Assembly (NCBI RefSeq): GCF_036321535.1
Contig: NC_087436.1
Location: 96,660,001-96,724,000 of the forward strand
Direction of reading: 5' to 3'
Length of the DNA: 64,000 nucleotides
DNA from: Camelus dromedarius
Taxonomy: Eukaryota
Under the pieces are notes generated by a model that saw nothing but the letters and a program-made list of their open reading frames with translations, searched no databases and was not told the DNA's origin. Shown here in pieces: positions 13,565 to 25,193 of this stretch. The translations under genes were made by a program, and so were the position numbers. Numbering within the stretch: the first letter of the stretch is position 1; the number at the start of each line of letters is the position of its first letter.

Positions 13565-13960
13565 TGTCAGTGGCCTTGAATGAGTAGGCTGTGCGGCCCA
13601 AGGCCAGGGTCACAACAACATCCTTATAGTATGAGGTAAATAATGATTGTATGCATGCACTGGTTATATAAGTTTTAAAACAAAGAAAGTAGAGATACGC
13701 ATGCACTAATGGTGTTCCGTAAGCCTCATGAACAAACAAAATGAACACTGTGCATGTGCAGGCAGAAAATAAATAAAAGCAGGACAAGGGCGCCACGGGG
13801 GCGCCATCTTGTTAAACTAGAAGAAAGTACCGAGCGCCGCCGCCGCCGCCGCCGCCCCCCGCCCGCCACGCGCACCACCTTGTGGCAACAGAATAAAGTG
13901 CTGTTTCACTCCGTGTCAGCTCCTGGTGCAGTCTGTTTCATGGTATGGCAGCTCCTCACA
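13565..13960 (+). mobile_element. Putative young ERV solo LTR, family unassigned
   Basis: TGTCAG...CTCACA termini (imperfect inverted repeat), flanks cattc/cattt, AATAAA at 13892-13897, retained CpGs and (GCC)7 at 13836-13856. Confidence 0.65.
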
Positions 13961-14017
13961 CATTTTTCCAGTTGGGCCACTCACCTCCTCAAATCCCACT
14001 TCAGCCCCCCTCGGCTG

Positions 14018-15630
14018 ACACATTCATTCATTCATTTTTATATACTTGTGTCTATTACATTGGAGAGGCTTAGTAACCACTAAGATAAGACCTCTGAGAC
14101 AAATAATCGAACATATATTTATAGTTCTATTAACTGAATACTGTGGTTAAATACATAAAGACTGAGGGGGTGAGTGGTGTCAAGGGAAAGAATTGTAAGA
14201 GTTCATAGCTTAGCAAAAATTGGGAATAGATAAAAATTTTTAGGCAACCATCATAAATTGCTGCAGTGAAACATGTTCAAGATCAGGGGGCTGCATGATG
14301 AATAAAACACACAGGTGCTTCTAGAAAAAGTAAGTTGGCCTGCATTAACAAACAAGATTTTAAAGTAGAAGTTACGAAACTGAGGACCAGATCATTATTG
14401 TCTTTGTGGGCCATACCATGGGACTTGTATTTATTGTGACGATTAGCAAGTCCTTTGAGGGGATTATTAATAGTTGAATATCGAGCATTCATTATGTATT
14501 ATCTTATGTATTTTTCACAGCATGATATGAAGGAAAAAATGTTCATCTTGTTTGAAAAATCAGATGCTTCTTCCATTATGTCTCTTTGACAATAGTCTAA
14601 ATAAAATAGCAACAAGGAGAATGGAAAGTGGTCATCATTTCAAAAAACATAAAGTCAGTAAAATGACAGAATACTGTGGCTGAGTAGCTGTGGAGTTAAC
14701 GGAGTTAGAAGAATAAATAATAGTGATAAGTGATTCTAGTGACTGAGTAGGTGGACGTACTCTTGATTAGGCAGGGAATTCAGGAGTATTCCTGATGGAG
14801 AAGGTGAATAATGTTTCAGATGTGTTAAGTTTGAAATCCCTGAGGGATATCTAAGCAGAGATGTAAATTAAGAAGCTGGCTATGTGGTTTGTAATCAGGA
14901 ATTGAAATCTGGGATAAAAACACAGATTTGGAAGAATAGGTCCTGGCTGATGATACAAGAATGAGTAAAAGAGCTCATAAAAGTTTTTAATGTGAGGAGA
15001 AAGAGAAGTACAGACCTTGAGAAGCATTAGAATGTAAAAGATGAGTCCAAAAACGTAAGCCTGGAAAGAGACCAAGAAGAAGCAACACGAGAGAGGGACT
15101 AAAACCAAGTGATGTTGATGTTAGGGAAACAGAGAGAGGAGGACAAATACTGCTGAGTGATTAGGACAAAGAAGGACTAAAATGTCATTGTGTTGTGCAA
15201 CAAAGAGGCAAACTGTGATGACACCAGGTTCTGTGGAGTGATTACAGAGAAAAGAAAATTTTCAGTGTCTTGAGAAATGACCACCAGGAGCACTTCATCT
15301 ATTATATTCTCTGGGGATAAAGACCCTGGATTTGTGCAATGCCCCAGCTCAGGTTTGAGAAGTGAGTGAGGTCTGAGAAAATGGAAAGAATGAGCATGCA
15401 TTGCTCAGAGGAAACCTGGTTGTATTGAAGAAAAGGGAATGAAGACTTAAACATGTTTGCTTTGCTTTTAAGTATGGGAGAGACTTGTGCACTTTTCTAG
15501 CCCAAGGAAGAAGAGTCAGCAGAGGAGAAATGGTTGTATATATATGTGAGTGAGGAAATACTTGATTAAGTGAGGTTGCTGAGGAGAAGTGAGGTGGGAT
15601 TGAGAAGCTAAGAATTAGAAAGTCAAGCCT
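14018..15630 (-). mobile_element. L2 LINE, fragmented
   Basis: Starts with a (cattcatt) tail. The purine-rich body includes 'atgtgttaagtttgaaat...cacagatttggaag'. Confidence 0.6.
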
Positions 15631-15669
15631 TGTTTGACCTACCTCCATATAGAGGTTCACACTCTAGGA

Positions 15670-15985
15670 ATGAACTGTCCAGTATGATAGCCAGCGGCCA
15701 CACGTGGCTCTGGAGCACCCAAAAAGTCACTAGTCCCAATTGAGATGTACTGTAATTATGAAGTACACACTGGATTTCAAAGATTTATTAGGTAAAAACA
15801 TATTTAAATTACCTTTTTAATAATGTCTATATTGAATAAATATTGAAAATGAGATTATTTTAGATAGATTGTGTTAAATAAAATGTATTATTGAAGTAAG
15901 TTTTGCCTGCTTCTTTTTAATGTAGCAGTTAGAAAATTTTAAACTGCATATGTGGCTCACAATGAATTTCTTTTGGACAGTGCTG
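15670..15985 (-). mobile_element. MER33 (hAT-Charlie non-autonomous DNA transposon)
   Basis: ctgtcca...tggacag termini, perfect 8-bp TSD ctctagga at 15662-15669 and 15986-15993, body resembles MER33. Confidence 0.88.
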
Positions 15986-17614
15986 CTCTAGGAGGACCCT
16001 GCACCTCCAGTTACCAGCTGTGACTACCCTTGGGCACAAAACATGGACCCGGCAAGCTGCCACTGACCATCACAAAACATAGTACTCCAAAGACTAGGCC
16101 CAGTATTCCTCTTGTGAACCCTTGTTTTTGTTTTGTGGGTGCTTCCTCAGAAGATCAAGTCTAACACCCCAAGGTTGGGATAGAGGCCTCTTGTGCTACT
16201 TAAATCCCCTACAGCATGTAGTTCCTTCTTCCTCCTCTTTGTCACATACCACATTCTTTTACTGGTTCTAATTTTCTTTTGCTCCCAAGCAATTATTTTT
16301 GTTGTTTGTATGACCTCCTTCATTTTTGTCCTTCCTTGTGGTCCTCATCTTGACTAGTAATTTTCTCAAGCTCTTTCCTTTCCTCTCTAATAAAGAGATG
16401 GGTCATTTTTAGAGCAAAGATAATTTGTCCCAGGCTCAAGTAGGAAGACAAATGCAGCAACCCTATTCACGATTATGACTTTTCAAGGTGTCAGGTCCCA
16501 GGTTGGTCCACCTTCCTTTGCCTCTCTTCATGGAAATGTCCGTTGTTAACTGCCATAGTAAGTGTCCTTTTTGCTATAACTGTTAGTCATTTAGCTCCTG
16601 ACCAAGACACTCCTAGCAATTCTAATTTGTGGCCTGTTGACACACTGTCCTCTTCCAGCCTGCTGCCCCTCATGGCAAACTTGCTGTATTAGGAATTATG
16701 AATCATTTTTACCAGCTGGGCATCATTTTCTCCAGAAAACATAAATACAAACTGTTGATCCAAATATTCTGAATTGCTCCCTTATCACTGCTGTCCCTTG
16801 CTGGGCCTATTAACTGAGGTCTGGTATTGAAAAACACTGGATTTTGTCTTGTCTACCAAAAAGCCAATGCAAGTTAGAAAGATTACATGGGTATCTATAG
16901 CTTTACTTCAGTCACCACAGTGTTCCATGTTGTATCAGTCCTGATGCTCAGTCTCAATGCTAATTCAAAGATTTTAAACATATACTCAAGGTCCTTCAGA
17001 GGCTCTATAAAGAGTTTAGAAAGGAAAGGTAGTTTTAAACTTGTGTGATGTAATTTACTTATTATAATGAAATTTTAATTAGAAATCCTTCTTAGTTCCT
17101 GCATCACTTAATGCTCCTGTCAACAATATTCTCAGCCATAAAAGAGGAAATTATGTGTTTAATGTATTATTACTAACTAGAAGACAACGTGTAGCTTTAG
17201 TTAAATTTCCTCACAAAAAGTACTGTTACTCTCTCTGAGTTCTCCTTTATTAAATGATATTTCATTGCCATTATTCTGTTTCTTTAAGTTTCCTGTATAT
17301 TCTGAAATAATGGAGCAGTTGTCTAAATGCCTCTTTGCTTGTCTTATAGACTAGGAAGAAATCTTGAAGAAACAGCATTTGCCTTTCATCTAGTTTTTAA
17401 TTAGCCTTTTAGGGTAGCAATTTTTCTCCTAACTAAAATTCATTTTTGTGCAATTACACAAATATGTCAATTCCAGATTGTCCTTTACTCATTTAAAAAT
17501 TGATAGAAATCTATAATAAAAATGTAAAGGTTAATTTTTGAGAAAATTCTATTTTTGTTGGTAACTGCAACACTATAGATTTGAAAATCCTAGAATTTTG
17601 CAATAATTCTTCTG

Positions 17615-17882
17615 TTTTGATTGATATATAATTGGCACATAAAATTGTATAACTTTAAGTTGTACAGTGTGTTGATTTGTTGCATTTATATATTATAATG
17701 TGATTACCATTGTAGCTCTAGCTAACACCTCCATCATGTCACATTATTTTTTGTTATGACGAGAACATTTAAGATCTAGTCTCTCAGCAACTTCAAGTTT
17801 TATAATACAGTATTGGTGGCTATAATCACTGTGCTGTGCATTAAATCTCTGGAAATTATCCACTGTCTTATTGCAGGTTTGT
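17615..17882 (-). mobile_element. L1MA-type 3' end
   Basis: 'gagaacatttaagatctagtctctcagcaacttcaag...atacagtattg' is L1MA 3' UTR antisense. Confidence 0.8.
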
Positions 17883-18331
17883 TTTTGCTTATCCATATGT
17901 TCAACAAATTATGCCCCACCTTTCTAGAGAGATCTGGTTATTCAGCTATGAATGATTTCAGTTTTCAGGCACTCTTTCTGCCTGTCATATTTTCGTCAGA
18001 AAACAATATACATGTTCTACAAACTGGGAATGCTCTGTAATGCATTACCTATTGGCTGCCAACTGTGCAGAACTAAAAACGTGAAAATAGATTAGTGCTA
18101 TTTAAAATGCATCAGCAAATTATTCTTCAGTAGCTGCCTTTAAAGTGGATATTGCCTCAAATGACTTTCTTACAAAAAGGCCATTGCCCCTCTCTTCTGA
18201 AGCAAGCTGTGGTCAGAGTTATCACTCATTCCATTCTATTGCTAATACAGGCACATAGATTCCTGAGGGCTACTCATTCGCACTGGACAAAAGCATCCTT
18301 TGTCATTCCTGATCAACAAATGTAAAGAAAA

Positions 18332-18367
18332 AAAATTTTAATTCAAGTATAGCTGATTTACAGTGTT
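18332..18367 (-). mobile_element. Ultra-truncated L1 3' terminus
   Basis: 'ttttaattcaagtatagctgatttacagtgtt' flanked by the direct repeat tgtaaagaaaa (18321-18331, 18368-18378). Confidence 0.55.
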
Positions 18368-19174
18368 TGTAAAGAAAATATTAAGCAAGGCTTTTATTCT
18401 GTTATGGTCTGAGGAGCTATACAGGGAAGACCGATAGGACGAAGAGAAATTCTGTGGTGCCCATTGTTATGAAGTGTTGATTAAGTCTGCACCTGAGCTA
18501 GGATCATAGCACTGTGGTCACCACCAGCTGAGAGAATAAGGGATTCAGCTAAGTTGCCACAGAAAGTACAAAAAATTATAAAGCTTTCAGAAGAAAATCC
18601 TTAGTTGTTACAGAATGATTTGTGTTAATTCCAGCTAAAATTAACTGCTGTATGTAACTCCAGAAATACTAAAAGGAGGCAGACATCAACGAGGCTGTCT
18701 GGTTTATAGAACAGAGGAGGCCTACTGGAAACATCCAGAATTTCTTGGACTGCAGAAAATTCTCTAAGCCTCCCTTTGCCACCTAATGCCAAGAGTAGCA
18801 GATTTTCCCTTTCCTTGCTTCTGAGAGGTTGAGTTGTTAAGAGGAGGATAAATGCAAGTTTACCTATTTTTCAGAATTTCAGCCATAAGCCAGGAATAAT
18901 AAAATAGGTTCCAGGTATTCCAGATCTCATGGCAAGGTGGTTAAATGGCAAAGTGGGCTAAGCTAGGAGGGTGTGAAATGAGCTTTGTCAAGGCTAGGCC
19001 AACAGAAAGAAGACTAGGGATTTATCAGAACATTCAGGAGGCTAAGGATAATAAGTTCTTTAGAGAGAAGTGTGCTGTGTGTTCTCAGCCCTTCCACATG
19101 GGGAGAGAGGAGGAGAGTACTTCCCCAGGCCTGCAAATCTAGTGAGAGAAACTCAGCAAAATCTTAACAGGCAT

Positions 19175-19478
19175 AGTAGGTGCAGTGAACATCCTGCCCA
19201 GAGCCCCCTGACTGGGCTTGTATGCTCAGGCCCTGGCTGAGGTCGCTTGCAGCCAGTGATAACTAGTACAAAATGTGTGTGCCCTGCTCACATTGGGACC
19301 AATTCTGTTCTTTCTCCAGAGACCGTCATGGGATCAGCTGAAAGGAGTCTTCAGCTAAAACCACGTCGTTTCTTACGCTGTCCTGCTTCTCTCACTCCCT
19401 TTCTCCTGAGAGACTGACTCAATAAACTAAGTGTTCTTGAATCCCATCTCAAGCTTTAAGGGATGCGACCTAAGAAAA
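19175..19478 (+). mobile_element. LTR16-family ERVL LTR
   Basis: 'gggatcagctgaa...tcctgcttctctcactccctttctcctgagag...caataaa...gacctaag'. Confidence 0.75.
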
Positions 19479-20399
19479 TAGGCATCTGTAGCTTGTGGGA
19501 TATAGGATCTGGCACCTGATTCAGACCTAGAAAAGACAAGCTGTGTGAGGCTGTGGCCCATAGGCAGCTGCACCACTTTGGACAAGGGAAGTGAGTCATA
19601 TGCAGACCCCATAAAAGCAAATCAGCTACAGGTTGTCTTGAATAGGACCTTGCTTGACCAGGCCTTTTTTCAAGGAATGAAGCAACCTCTAGATGGGCTC
19701 AGGTGTCCAGAGAGCATCAAAGGGATCAGATATACATAGTCTCACATTGTCACTGGAGATAGATACCCCTAAGGGGCCCATAACAAGATCCTTTATGAGA
19801 AAGAAATGGGATTTCATATCTGTGACACCTGGAGGGCACTACTTGAGATTGTAGCTCAGGCAGTAAGGTGTATTTTATGACTGCTTCTTCTCCATTCTCT
19901 GTAATCCTCCTTTCTCACTGCAGGCTCAAGGCAGGTCCAGGCTGAGTAAATAAAGACGTTTGTTACTGGACAAGAGTGTGAAGAGTTGGTATTAGATTGG
20001 ACTAGATGTTATACTACTTGAGAGTTAGTGGGAAAGCCATAGAAACCTTGAAATTCATGCAAAATTCAAAGGGGAACAGACCCACATAGAATAAAGTTAC
20101 CTTCTGCTTGCACCTTGAGGAAGAAATTCCAACTGGTTCATGAAACCCATTACTTACCTCTGTATCTATCCCACATATCAATAAGGCCCCTCTGCTCCGT
20201 GCTGTCTAGTGAATTACTTTGAACCCTTGATTCTGCTACCTGGGTGTAGCCAAAGTTCTTCCCAAGATTTCCTTAGACTCCAGGAGGATGTCCATTCTCA
20301 TGGTCACATTTGTCTCTAGCAAACTCTGTTTAGCTTACATCAACATTTCCTTTCCAAGTGTCTTCAACAAAATTAACTCTGTCAAAAAGTTAGGATCTC

Positions 20400-20891
20400 T
20401 TTCCTTTGATGAAGAGATTAATTCCCATCTACTAGCTTTCCTAGCATTTCTGGCAGCTGAAGTATGGGCAGTATCAAGCATGGGTTTTCCCAGTCAGTTG
20501 TGTATGTCTATGAGCTGTGGCACAAAGTGGTAGAGGCAGTGAAGAACTCATTTATTTTACAAGTGGTGTTGGTGACAGCCAGCTGCAGGTCCTGCATTTT
20601 CAGCAGTGTTAGCACCAGTGGACACTGCCTTGGACCAGTGGTGACAGCCACATGCATGAAGCAGCCTTTGGTGGTCTGTGGAAGCAGCAGTAAGTGGGCT
20701 GGATTCTGTGGTGTGGTATGGCTGTGATTCTGTGTTCGACTTCTATTTATTTCTGCCTGTTTTCTGAGCCAGTTTCTTCAGACTTTTCAGAGATTCTGTA
20801 AACTACCAAAACTGTTTCAAGAATATATTTTTCTAGCTAAATTACCCAGAGTCAATTTTGCTTGCTTTAATACAAATCTTAATTAAAAACA
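20400..20891 (+). mobile_element. Old MaLR (MLT1) LTR
   Basis: 3' end 'gattctgtaaactacc...ttttctagctaaattacccagagtcaatttt' is MLT1-like. The 5' boundary is uncertain. Confidence 0.5.
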
Positions 20892-21617
20892 CAAGAATTA
20901 AAATGGAATTTAGCAAGGTATTAGGGTCATGGAGAAGATCACATTGCAGGATGAAAGACTTTTTACAGTTGCGTTTTGTTCTCTCTGGTTTGTTTATTTT
21001 TTCTTTTCTCCTATTCATTTACTCTTCCCCTTCCCCTCTTTTTTTTAAGAGACTCAAATACCATATCTTCCTTTTATTAGGAAGAATTCAACTTCCTAAT
21101 CCTTGGAGGTCTTAGCTCAATCCTAAAAGGTGCTCACCTTTTTAAAGGGACCTCTAATCAACTGGACCTATACACCTTCAAGGCAATTGGGGTTATAAAA
21201 ATTGTAATTATATGAACAAATAAAGGTTTGTTTATTTGAACAGTAGGGTATGTATATACATTTGTGTATATATATTTTATATATATATCACATATTTGTC
21301 TACATTTGAAGTAATTATTTCAACCTAAGTTGTATTTAAAGTCATTATTTACAGTCTGTATTAGAAGACTAGGGCTAACGTCATTCAAAATTATAGTTCT
21401 TATAGTAATTATCATGGTATATTTAGATTTATTTCATTCAGTGTTCAGACAAACTAATTAGTGACAAATTTGGGAGAGTAATTTGCAGATCTACAAACAA
21501 GTATATCTTTACATGATACACTGAATCAAAATTTTAAATAAGCCATATTGAAAAAGCTAAAAGACACTTATAGCCTAAGGATTACTGTAAGAAATAAATG
21601 AACTATCTAAAATTAAC

Positions 21618-22095
21618 TAACATTTATTGGAAGCTTTCTGTGTACAACGTGCTTTTCTAACTACTCAGCACGTGTTAAATCATTTACAGGATTTTTTTTT
21701 TCCTGATAGGATGTATTTATATTACTTGGTACATTTTAAAGCAATGGTTATATTGGTCATACATATTAGAAACCAGAAAAAGTTAAGTACTAAAATGTAT
21801 ATCATATACTTGTATGTGTATTTTTTACTAGGCTTGTTATTTTTTAAAAAGGTGGGTTTTTAAATTTTTTTAGCGTACAGGTAAAGAAAGAATTATGCTG
21901 CAAGCAATTTAATTTGTTAATGTGAGCAAATAGCTTGGGGATTCAGAACATCCTGGAGAGTAGGCACTGTTACTACTCCCATTTTATAGATGAGAAAACT
22001 AAGGCACTGCATTGACATTTTCAAGCTCATATACCTGGAAAGTTGCAGAGCCAAATGCAAACCCAGGCAGTCTGGCTCAGGAGTCCATGCTTAGT
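21618..22095 (-). mobile_element. MIR SINE split by a ~250-bp insert (about 21687-21940)
   Basis: 'taacatttattg...aatcattta', then 'cccattttatagatgagaaaactaaggc...aacccaggcagtctggctc'. Confidence 0.7.
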
Positions 22096-23234
22096 TTAGC
22101 CATGGGGCAATGGGGCCTTAAAGTAAATGATACTACCATCCAAGAGATAGAGTAAGCACATGAAAATGGTCCATTTTCCCTGTTCTTTTATCCCCTTTAG
22201 GACAAAATTTTACAATATCAAATACAATATTTGCCATAAACTATGTAACCTTAAAGTACCACTAACTTTCTAAAGCATAGAATATAAAAAACAATGTGAC
22301 ACCAATACAAATGTTAGGTGGGTTTCAGATGCTTGAAACTTCCAAATTTCTAAGCTAAAACTATTGGCCTGACCTCCTTAAATCATTACTATAGACTAGT
22401 TTTCATTTCTCTATCATTTGTTACATTTTAGTTTAGAATTATATAGCCTCTTCTCCTACAATTACATTGAAACACTCCTGGTATATTTTAGCCATTTTGA
22501 GTCAGTTCTTTTCTTCCTGAAGCTGAAGATACCATTTTCCCTCCTGTAGCTTCCTTCTAGATTGTTTCCCTTCCCATTGCTTCCGTATAGACATTTACTC
22601 CCAAATCCTTTTGCTCGTTCAATGCTCCTCTCATCTGTCTTATGTGTTTGCTTTTTGTACCTTTTTCATTCCTTGTACATCCTTAAAAGCTTGGCCTTTG
22701 GACCTGCACAGTTCTTACTCCAGACTAGGTCCTTCTGCCAGCTCGTGTCTGTGGTCTCCTCTGTCACTCTCACACAGTTTCCCTGGCTGTAGTCCAGTTA
22801 TGTTTACAGTAAAAATTGCCCAAAGACACCCAGCTAGAATGGCACAGACTTGAGATTTGAACTCATTCCTATCTGCCTTCTCAATCTATGGTCTTAACCT
22901 GCATGTCTTATTAATTTCCATTTTGACTTACAGGACACCTCCACTAAGATAATCTGCAGGCACTTTAAACTTAACAGATTTGTCCTTGCTTGATATTTTT
23001 CTTACAATTTTTACAAAATTCCCTTCTCTTCTTTGCCTCTTACTTTATTGTGCAAAATATATTTTTATCCTCTCTATATTACTCCTATGACAATTCTTTA
23101 AATTCTTCACTGTCCCTACATAGTCTAAGAACTTGCTAGCCAAGCTTAAGATGAGAAACACAGTTATTTACTTATCCTTGCACTGCTATTTATTCAAAGT
23201 AGTATTAAATTCTGTTTTTTAAAATGAAATTAAA

Positions 23235-23470
23235 TTTTAATTATTTTTATTGAGATATAATTGACATTTAACATTGTGTAAATTTAAAGTGTACAACATG
23301 TTGATTTGATACACTTATAATATTGCAATGTGATTACCGCTGTAGTGTTAACCAACACCTCTCTCAGGTCACATAATTATTTCTTTTTTGTGGTGAGAAA
23401 AATTAAGATCTAGTCTCTTAGCAACTTTGAAATTTATAACACAGTACTGCTAACAGTAACCACTATACTG
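23235..23470 (-). mobile_element. L1MA-type 3' end (direct part of an inverted L1)
   Basis: 'ttttattgagatataattgaca...gtggtgagaaaaattaagatctagtctcttagcaac'. Confidence 0.85.
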
Positions 23471-23477
23471 TGGTGTA

Positions 23478-23689
23478 CAGTTGAGCCTGAAATAATGCAG
23501 GCTTGAATTGCAAGTGTCCACTTATATTTAGATTTTTTTCAATAAATATGTTTACAATCCATGACTGGTTAAATCTATGGATGTGGAATCTGCTGATAAG
23601 GAGGGCCAACTCTGGCACTACAGTACAGTGGATTTTGGTATCTGTAGTGGGTCCTGGAGCCAATTCCCCTTGGATACTGAATGATGACT
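23478..23689. mobile_element. Tigger/MER2-group MITE
   Basis: TA|cagttgagcctgaaataatgcagg... and ...gggtcctggagccaattccccttggatactgaatgatgactg are Tigger2/MER2-like termini. Confidence 0.75.
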
Positions 23690-23995
23690 GTGTGTATGTA
23701 TGTATATATATATACATACATACACACCTATGCACAATGGAATATTATTCATCTGTGAGAAAGAAGGAAATCCTGCCATTTGTGACAATATGGATAGACT
23801 TGAGGGCATTATGCTAAGTGAGATAAATTAAAAAAGACAAATGCTGTGTATTACTTACATGTAGAATCTGAAAGAGCTAAATTCATAAAAACATAGCAGA
23901 ATAGTAGTCAACAGAGGCTGAGGGGTGGGGAACTGGGGAGATGTTGTTTAAGGGTACAAACTTGCAACTATAGTAGATAAATACGTTCTGGAGTA
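23690..23995 (+). mobile_element. L1 ORF2 end and proximal 3' UTR (inverted part)
   Basis: Translates as TMEYYSSVRKKEILPFVTIWIDL, followed by 'agggtacaaacttgcaactatag...gttctggag'. Confidence 0.85.
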
Positions 23996-24026
23996 CTGTG
24001 CTTGGTTTTTCAAACACAACTTTCTT

Positions 24027-24654
24027 TTTTTTTCTTTTCTGGGTGTGGATTTTATTTTTTACAGCTATCTAACCATGCTTAACTCAAATTAACAAATACA
24101 CAATTTTCTACATCAGAGACAGCTTTTGACTTGCTCTGTCTGTTTACTGTGACTATAACACCACTTGGCATATGATTTTACCTTAAGAAGCTAACATATA
24201 ATTAACCATTTGAACACCAACTTGGACTAAGATAATAGCTTTTCTCTTAATGGGTGGTTCTGTTACTAACATTGGAAAAATTACATTTTCAGTAGATACT
24301 GCAGCATTGTCATTTCTGTCATGTCACTATTTCTTGTTTATTTTTGTACCTTTTTTTTTAAATTGAAGTATAGTCTGCTACAATGTGTCAATTTATGGCA
24401 TACAGCATATTGTCCCAGTCATGCATATATATACATATATTCATTTTCACATTCTTTTTCATTAAAGGTTATTACAAGATAACTGAATATAGTTCCTTAT
24501 ATGGTAGGACTTTGTTATTTATCTGTTTTACATATAGTAGTTTGTATCTGCTAATCCCAAACTCCTAATTTATCCCTCTCCCTGCGCATTTCCCCTTTGG
24601 TAACCTTAAGTTTGTTTTCTATGTCTGTGAGTCTGTTTCTGTTTTGTAAATAAG
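24027..24654 (-). mobile_element. 5'-truncated L1 3' end (24360-24654) plus 3'-transduced segment (24041-24350)
   Basis: A 17-bp TSD tcaaacacaactttctt (24010-24026, 24655-24671) encloses the L1 3' UTR, an A-tract, unique DNA, AATAAA and a second A-tail. Confidence 0.85.
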
Positions 24655-24769
24655 TCAAACACAACTTTCTTGATACCACACTCTTTCTCAAGGATTTATT
24701 ATCTATTAGTTTTATGACTAATTTCACAGCTATTGATCTAAAATGTTTCCTGAATTAACTCTTATTTTA

Positions 24770-25193
24770 CAGGTATTCCCTGCTTTTTGAAAGTTTGCTT
24801 TATGCTGCTTCACTTTTACTATAGCTTTACATTAGTATCTGTTTTTACTGCTTAGAAGAAATCCGAAGAGGATTTTCCCTTTTATGAAAAAAGGTGGAAA
24901 GTGAGAATAGTGTTGAGTGTTTGTTTTGCAGCTGTCAGTTATAGAGGCAGCACACACCCTAAGCAGTGAGAGTGGCACTGCCAATTTTCTTTCCCAGGAA
25001 CTACTCTCAGCATCTCAGCATCAAACTCCGTAGCTTTGAACTGTACCAGTGAGCATCTGTGCTTTATCACAATTTATTTTGTGCATCTGTTAGCAAGATG
25101 TGTCCTAAGGTAATTACTTCTTTGCTTTATGCTGTTTCAGCTTACGAACAGTTTCATAAGATGGCTTTACTTTCAGAGAGCAGGGGAAACCTG
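24770..25193. mobile_element. Non-autonomous TcMar-Tigger element
   Basis: TA TSDs (24768-69, 25194-95); TIRs caggtattccctgctttttgaaagt and actttcagagagcaggggaaacctg. Confidence 0.85.

Noticed and set aside
13754..14083. ORF with poly-Arg/Pro (RRRRRRRPPP), or CpG-island promoter of a gene
   Set aside because: It is the translation of the GCC tract inside the LTR-like element. The CpG patch is only about 90 bp and no exon structure follows.
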